DNA of 64,000 bases from Escherichia phage VTCCBPA_211. Below, one piece after another: positions 58,930-64,000 of the stretch (its first letter is position 1; each line of letters starts with the position of its first letter). The position numbers and the translations under genes are program-made. The stretch lies in the sequence record PP989838.1; one strand, written 5' to 3'. The notes under the pieces are model-generated. The model made no database searches. It was not told the origin of the DNA and saw only the letters and a program-made list of their open reading frames with translations.

Positions 58930-59733
58930 TTAGCTAATACGTCTCCAAATGTGAGCTGCTCTGAATGGTGGCAAAGTGTTAATAGGTTGACGAGAGATAT
59001 CATCACGACCAAGACTTACACTACCAGAGATTGTATGAGTGTGAGTATCATTATCAGTTCTCTGACTATATCCACCACCCGGACTATACCAGTTTGGCGA
59101 GCTGTTATGACCACTAGCATCTCCACGACCAAATACCATATTGTGACTGTGAGTATTACTGGATAGAGAGAAGCTGGAGCCATTAACTGTCATCAAAGGT
59201 ACGTTCTCAGTTCGAATGGTATTGAAGACACGACCACCAGTACCACCTGCTTGGAACTCAACTCTCTGAGCATTAGGAACAGAGCCATCAGGGTTTACTA
59301 CACCAGTACCCATAATGACACCAGTCACTTTAGCCCAAGAACCAAACCCTAAGGAGATTGAGTCACCGGGGTTAATATCTTCTTCAGTGATGTAGTAAGA
59401 ACCAATTCGATAGAGCTTATTCTCCATCCAGTTCTTCATGAACGCTTCCATCTGACCTTTAGTAACAACGTCCTTGTCACCAGTTCCCGGAGTAACGTTC
59501 TTGATCATAAGACCACCAACATCCATTGCATCACCAGTAAACTTGAGCTTCTCTGACATAATCTTAAAGGTGTCAGAATCTATATCAACCGGTTCTGTAA
59601 CATTGGGGAATGTGTTCTGTAACGTTTGTTTAATGAGGCGGATTTGAGCCGCCCCTTCGTAGATGTAATCCCTGTCTCTAGGATAGAGTGGGTTTAAGTC
59701 GGTAATAACTACCGCATTAGTTTCGATAGCCAA
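58930..59733 (-). CDS. tail-associated protein (267 aa), TTG start
   Basis: TTG 4 nt after GGAGGTG; track ORF. Confidence 0.65.
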   Translation of the reverse strand: MAIETNAVVITDLNPLYPRDRDYIYEGAAQIRLIKQTLQNTFPNVTEPVDIDSDTFKIMSEKLKFTGDAMDVGGLMIKNVTPGTGDKDVVTKGQMEAFMKNWMENKLYRIGSYYITEEDINPGDSISLGFGSWAKVTGVIMGTGVVNPDGSVPNAQRVEFQAGGTGGRVFNTIRTENVPLMTVNGSSFSLSSNTHSHNMVFGRGDASGHNSSPNWYSPGGGYSQRTDNDTHTHTISGSVSLGRDDISRQPINTLPPFRAAHIWRRIS

Positions 59734-59745
59734 AAGGCACCTCCA

Positions 59746-60237
59746 TTAATATTTACCTTCGGTGTAAAGATTAGCTTCTGCAACTCTTCTATTATGAAGA
59801 CCCTGACTTCTCTGCTTCTCTCCCTTGACCGTTATTTTATCCCAACGAAGAAATTCGGAATAAACATCCCCCTTAACATCTCCATTGATTACCTTCCTTA
59901 ACTTAGATGTGCTCAAAGCCCCACTGCCAACATTGAAGTTGAAAGAAGTGAGTGCATCAAACTCATGAACTAGTAAAGGAACCTTTATGTTCTTCTGAGT
60001 AGCACGAACAGAGTCTTGTGTGTCTCTATCTAGCAGAGCTAGACAATCCTCTATAGAATACGTTAATCCTTGTCTAACCGGATAACCATTCATATCGCGC
60101 GTAGCCCCTACACATATAGTCCAGATACCTGCGGAATCTTTATAAGCCTTGGTTCTCATACCCTCATGCTTCATGATGAATTCCATTCCAGCTGGGCTTA
60201 AGTTTAGTTGTACAGGTGGCAATGCGACGTTATCCAT
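59746..60237 (-). CDS. endolysin, GH24 T4-lysozyme family (163 aa)
   Basis: FIMKHEGMRTKAYKDSAGIWTICVGAT (E..D..T catalytic pattern); RBS GGAGG. Confidence 0.85.
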   Translation of the reverse strand: MDNVALPPVQLNLSPAGMEFIMKHEGMRTKAYKDSAGIWTICVGATRDMNGYPVRQGLTYSIEDCLALLDRDTQDSVRATQKNIKVPLLVHEFDALTSFNFNVGSGALSTSKLRKVINGDVKGDVYSEFLRWDKITVKGEKQRSQGLHNRRVAEANLYTEGKY

Positions 60238-60266
60238 TTCTAACCTCCTTTTGTAGTCCCTTTAAA

Positions 60267-60485
60267 TTAAGGTAGTATCTTTCTCAGAGCGTTAGATTCA
60301 GCATCAGGGCAAATAACAACCAAGTTGTTTTGAATAGTTCTCTGCTTACATTGAGAACTAAGCTTCTCAACAGGAGCTGGTGCTGTGACTAATGGATGGA
60401 CTGCGTTAACAGGAACTGCTGTAGAAACCACAACCCCTGCACCTAAACAGACTAAACCGTAAACAGCTTGTTTCATCATTTTCAT
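60267..60485 (-). CDS. small secreted or membrane-anchored protein next to the endolysin (72 aa); lysis-accessory/holin candidate
   Basis: RBS GGAGA; one N-terminal hydrophobic segment AVYGLVCLGAGVVVSTAVPVNA. Confidence 0.5.
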   Translation of the reverse strand: MKMMKQAVYGLVCLGAGVVVSTAVPVNAVHPLVTAPAPVEKLSSQCKQRTIQNNLVVICPDAESNALRKILP

Positions 60486-60552
60486 TTACGTATCTCCTAT
60501 GTATTAACCTCTTGGGATATATTAGTTTCATTACCTACTAGCTCTAGTTACT

Positions 60553-60572
60553 ACTAAAGCCCCCGAAGGGGC
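60553..60572 (-). terminator. terminator-like hairpin (UUCG loop) after the tail-fibre gene
   Basis: Minus strand GCCCC-TTCG-GGGGC followed by TTTAGTAG (short U-tract). Confidence 0.5.
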
Positions 60573-60578
60573 AATAGA

Positions 60579-62759
60579 TTATTTACCAGATTTTAACTCT
60601 GATACCTCTTTCTTAAGATCTTCGATCTGTTTCATAAGTTCGAGGATAGCTTCGTGATGGAGGGCGGCAGCAACACCATAAGTATCAACTGCTTTAGTGT
60701 CTTCTACAACTGTACCATCAACAAGTTCTGTCTCCCCAATATTCTTAACTGCATCAGGGAATACAGTTTCAACATCCTGAGCAACAAAGCCAAAACCAGT
60801 AGGGTTGCCAGTAGTTTTGAGGTTCCAAGAAACACCTTTAATCTGCTTCATCTTATCCAGAGGGTTATCTATCCGTTGGATGTTCTCTTTAATTCGAATA
60901 TCAGAAGAAGGGTTTACTGTAGCGTACACAGCACCAGCAAAACGAGTCTGGTACGTACCATCGCTCATCAGCTGAGAGTAATAAGCATAGCTGCTACCAA
61001 TCTTCAATTCTACAACTGAGACTCGAGTTTTGTCAGCACCTGTACCAAAACTATTACCCCAATGTTCAAACCAAGCTTGATCTCTAGCTCTGCTCCCTCC
61101 AGGTATTACTGACATACCTAAAGTCTGGGTTCCGGGTTCCGTACTCGTAATTCTCAGTCTCCCTGTGCCTACATAAATCTCATTGGTACTATTAGAGAAG
61201 TCAAACTTCATATTACCACTTCGAATAGAACCACCACTTGGGAGTACGAAAACTCCACCATCGGTAAAATCATAAACCTGAGTAACATTCTTGGTTTTAT
61301 TAAAGACGTTCATACGTCCTACGTAAGTACCGCCAACCTCACCATTAGCTCTTAAAGAAACCTGAGCTTCAGTGTCCCCACCTACTAGGTACTGAGAACG
61401 CAGTTCTCCACCATTTACAGTTGTTCCAGAATTAGGAAGGGTAGTATCTTGATTAATAACAGCCCAAGACGTATTAGCAGCAGTAAATCCACCGTGTGCA
61501 CGGATAGTCCAAACACCAACAACGTGACTTGGGTAAACTTCGGTTGTAGAATCACGCCCGTATACGGAGTTGCCGTCGGATAGCTTGAATGTAACGGAAC
61601 CTGTGGCGATCGTCCCTCCGCTGGTTATATGTGCGGTGTTAAGCAGTCCTGGTTTGAATGCCCCGCTGGCTGCCGATGGACCCATGGTTTGGAATAGCCC
61701 TGCTACATTGGGAGCAGCGTTCTCCCTAATCATACCATTGTTATTCGACACACCACCGTCACCACGAGCAAACAGGCCAGAGACAGAATCAGCCCCCGTG
61801 AACCCGTTAACGCCGTTCTTCTGAACACCGTTCCTGTCAGGTACACGGAACGTTGTTTCTCCGTCACCAAGTGAATACTTGCCGCGATTGGCTGGGTCTG
61901 CAAGCCACTCCGCATCACTGACAGGAGTTAGAAGCTGTGCATAAGCCCACAAGTCAGGGTAATCAGCACGATTAAGAAGTTGTCCATCAGACAGCACTTC
62001 AAAAGCTGGGATAAAAGCTCGACTATCTCGTAAGTGGAAATCACCAATACCAAAGTTAGAGATACCACTCATCGTAGGACCACCAGAGCCACCACCACTG
62101 TTTCGAAGCTGTCTCAAAGTAACCGCATCACAATCACCAACTGCATCAGGGACGGTTACTGGTTGAGTGAAAGTAACTTTCTGTGTGAGCTGTTTGATAT
62201 CAGAGTTAATTCCTGTACGAGTAACACCAATAGTCCGACCTTTGGAGTCTTTAACGTAAGAACCAATCGCAGCGAAAGGTAAATCCTCAATCTCAGGGCG
62301 GTATCGTTTAGAATAAACAGGGTACTTAGTTTCTACCCCAGAGTCATTCTGGTCAACAACCTGAAGACGACCAGCGGAATGAATCTCTACACCTTGAACT
62401 GAAGAGGCATAACTACCAATCTTGATTGAGTTATCAGTAGTCACTTTCATCATATCCACAGACTCTACACCATTAGCACCAGTAGAGCGGAATGGAGTAT
62501 CATTAACAACCCAAGGGTCTTCTCGGAACAAAGCACCGGACATGATAGGTTGAATTGAATCCAGCACAAAATCTTTAGATGCACCTTCTGCTTTAGTTTG
62601 GTAAGTAGCAGCTGCGTCAGTTTTCTGTAAATATTTTCCGGTGAGATCAACAGCACCAGCCTGTCCATCTACAGTAGAAACACCAACAACAGCCGCATCT
62701 CTGGTTACAACTACATGAGGCATCATTATGCCAGATTTGGGCATTAATTCTCTAGACAT
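60579..62759 (-). CDS. tail fibre/spike with C-terminal S74 intramolecular-chaperone peptidase domain (726 aa)
   Basis: SSDIRIKENIQRIDNPLDKMKQIKGVSWN..GFVAQDVETVFPDAV plus terminal coiled coil. Confidence 0.85.
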   Translation of the reverse strand: MSRELMPKSGIMMPHVVVTRDAAVVGVSTVDGQAGAVDLTGKYLQKTDAAATYQTKAEGASKDFVLDSIQPIMSGALFREDPWVVNDTPFRSTGANGVESVDMMKVTTDNSIKIGSYASSVQGVEIHSAGRLQVVDQNDSGVETKYPVYSKRYRPEIEDLPFAAIGSYVKDSKGRTIGVTRTGINSDIKQLTQKVTFTQPVTVPDAVGDCDAVTLRQLRNSGGGSGGPTMSGISNFGIGDFHLRDSRAFIPAFEVLSDGQLLNRADYPDLWAYAQLLTPVSDAEWLADPANRGKYSLGDGETTFRVPDRNGVQKNGVNGFTGADSVSGLFARGDGGVSNNNGMIRENAAPNVAGLFQTMGPSAASGAFKPGLLNTAHITSGGTIATGSVTFKLSDGNSVYGRDSTTEVYPSHVVGVWTIRAHGGFTAANTSWAVINQDTTLPNSGTTVNGGELRSQYLVGGDTEAQVSLRANGEVGGTYVGRMNVFNKTKNVTQVYDFTDGGVFVLPSGGSIRSGNMKFDFSNSTNEIYVGTGRLRITSTEPGTQTLGMSVIPGGSRARDQAWFEHWGNSFGTGADKTRVSVVELKIGSSYAYYSQLMSDGTYQTRFAGAVYATVNPSSDIRIKENIQRIDNPLDKMKQIKGVSWNLKTTGNPTGFGFVAQDVETVFPDAVKNIGETELVDGTVVEDTKAVDTYGVAAALHHEAILELMKQIEDLKKEVSELKSGK

Positions 62760-62770
62760 TTAAATCTCCT

Positions 62771-62790
62771 TAAAGCTCCCCGAAGGGAGC
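62771..62790 (-). terminator. intergenic hairpin (UUCG loop), possible attenuator
   Basis: Minus strand GCTCCC-TTCG-GGGAGC then TTTAAGGAG (RBS of the next gene). Confidence 0.45.
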
Positions 62791-62799
62791 GTTGTTAGT

Positions 62800-64000
62800 T
62801 TACTCAGAAGGCATTTCAACACGAACTGAGATAAAAGCATCACTCGGGATATCAATAGGATCACCGTCAGAGAAACCTTCTATCTCATTTCTAGCAAAAA
62901 CCGGAGAGGTTGGATGGGTTCTGTGATAGGTTTTAACTAAAATAGAACCATCTTCTTTAATCCCATAATCCAGCCAAACCCTAGGTTGTTTGTTGCGATC
63001 AGTAGGAATTTCAAAGCCGCCGTCGATGCCTCCCCATTTTGCATCTGCGTTTAAGCCAAGGCAGCCGGTAATCAAGTACTCACCAACACCTTGCCGAATG
63101 ACATTAACCCCCTCAGATTCCTCGTTCGTCTCATATCGACCGTTTGAGTAAATATTAACTATCGGAGATGCCGCTTTGATAAATCCGTTTACATCAGTAG
63201 TGGTGTTTTTGTTTGTAAGACAATGGACATATTTTATTGTTCCGTCTGCAATCTTTATTGCGTAAGATATACGACCATATCCTGAGGCTTCGCCACCAGA
63301 TCCTGCATAGGACACACCGTGGGCAATCCAGAAGTTAGTATCCTCTGGCTGCATATACCAGTAGCAGTTAAACATATCTAAAGTAAACAGGCCATTCCCG
63401 GAGGCATGTTGGACACGATCACCAGCACCACCTACGCCTGAATTTGCTGGAGTGTTACTTAGCGCTCCAATATTGAACCTTGCACCAGCAGCATCTCCAG
63501 CCCCTGTCCCACCATTAGCAACAGGTACATTATCCAGAGTAGAAACACTTCCCAACCCTAAATTAGATCGGGCACTAGCAGTATTATTCGCTCCAGTACC
63601 ACCATTGGCAATTGGTATGATATCTAGAGTAGCTGTTGGACCTAAACCAAGGTTAGCAAGTGCCTCACTGGCTGTAGATGCTCCAGTACCACCCGCTTCT
63701 ATAGATACTGGATTAGGTGTCCAGCTCTCAGAGGAGAGATCACTTCTCTCTTGTACAATAAAGTACCCATCATCCCTTAATACAATCCTGTTTAACAGGT
63801 TCGGGGAGAAGATAAATGCATGATTGTTTTGACTGGTAAATGGGTTTATTTTTAAAACATCACGAATCCCATCTACGGTTGTAGATCCAGTCCCTCCTTG
63901 AGAGATGGATAACGGCGTTGTGAGTCCAGATAAAGATGTAATGTCAGAGTTTGCACCAGAAGCGGCAGCACCTAAGATAGATCTGGAGATGTTTACGTTT
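62800..64000 (-). CDS. tail fibre protein, 5'-truncated by the window edge (at least 400 aa)
   Basis: My translation shows the frame stays open from 63555 to 64000 with no start codon in between; repeats LD..P.ANGGTGA....AR.NLGLG x3; the track start at 63555 (TTG) is an artefact. Confidence 0.8.
   Translation of the reverse strand, partial: NVNISRSILGAAASGANSDITSLSGLTTPLSISQGGTGSTTVDGIRDVLKINPFTSQNNHAFIFSPNLLNRIVLRDDGYFIVQERSDLSSESWTPNPVSIEAGGTGASTASEALANLGLGPTATLDIIPIANGGTGANNTASARSNLGLGSVSTLDNVPVANGGTGAGDAAGARFNIGALSNTPANSGVGGAGDRVQHASGNGLFTLDMFNCYWYMQPEDTNFWIAHGVSYAGSGGEASGYGRISYAIKIADGTIKYVHCLTNKNTTTDVNGFIKAASPIVNIYSNGRYETNEESEGVNVIRQGVGEYLITGCLGLNADAKWGGIDGGFEIPTDRNKQPRVWLDYGIKEDGSILVKTYHRTHPTSPVFARNEIEGFSDGDPIDIPSDAFISVRVEMPSE

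Noticed and set aside
63556-63720. Regularly spaced ~75-bp repeats (..CCAGTACCACC..) that could look like a repeat array
   Set aside because: They are the coding repeats (ANGGTGA..NLGLG) of the minus-strand tail-fibre gene and have no CRISPR-like spacer architecture. The plus-strand ORF 63452-63823 is their antisense shadow.

Overview
This window looks like the left ~64 kb of a linear, virulent podovirus genome of the phiEco32 (Kuravirus) type, infecting an enterobacterial host. That assignment is an inference from gene content and motifs, because no database search was possible.

Layout:
- 1-3.75 kb is an almost ORF-free control region. It holds a pyrimidine-skewed terminus, a short operon of tiny membrane peptides, and three tandem sigma70 promoters plus one phage-type promoter. 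Each promoter is followed by a hairpin and an rrn/lambda-type boxA (CGCTCTTTAA..). A 0.8 kb untranslated leader follows.
- 3.77-44.56 kb carries about 100 plus-strand early and middle genes.
- A bidirectional terminator lies at 44.63 kb.
- 44.67-64.0 kb carries minus-strand late genes. The last tail-fibre gene runs off the right edge of the window.

Recognisable early/middle genes:
- tRNA-Arg(UCU).
- A 9.4 kb module of amidoligases, a class-II glutamine amidotransferase, an ATP-grasp enzyme and a GGCT-like protein.
- A T7 gp4-like primase-helicase and a family-A DNA polymerase. Each is interrupted by a related group I intron that encodes an HNH endonuclease.
- A separately encoded 3'-5' exonuclease domain.
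- A CCA-adding-like nucleotidyltransferase, dCTP deaminase, Dps-like protein, thioredoxin, ThyX and PhoH.
- A gp2.5-like SSB, an overlapping spanin pair, an ECF-like phage sigma factor, a SLOG-like protein, a dNMP kinase and a FEN-type exonuclease.

Recognisable late genes: ejection/internal virion proteins, an SLT transglycosylase, tail proteins with Ig-like repeats, a GH24 endolysin, and tail fibres (one with an S74 chaperone domain).

The 9-mer TAATGTATA occurs five times. Every copy is intergenic and four sit just upstream of a gene or transcription unit on their own strand, which fits phage-sigma promoters; the fifth (39589-39597, minus) faces away from any annotated gene. Several small-protein paralog families (7, 4, 2 and 2 members) and conserved intergenic elements remain unexplained. 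No integrase, repressor, CRISPR array or toxin-antitoxin pair was seen.

All product calls rest on motif recognition by eye and need profile or structure searches to confirm.
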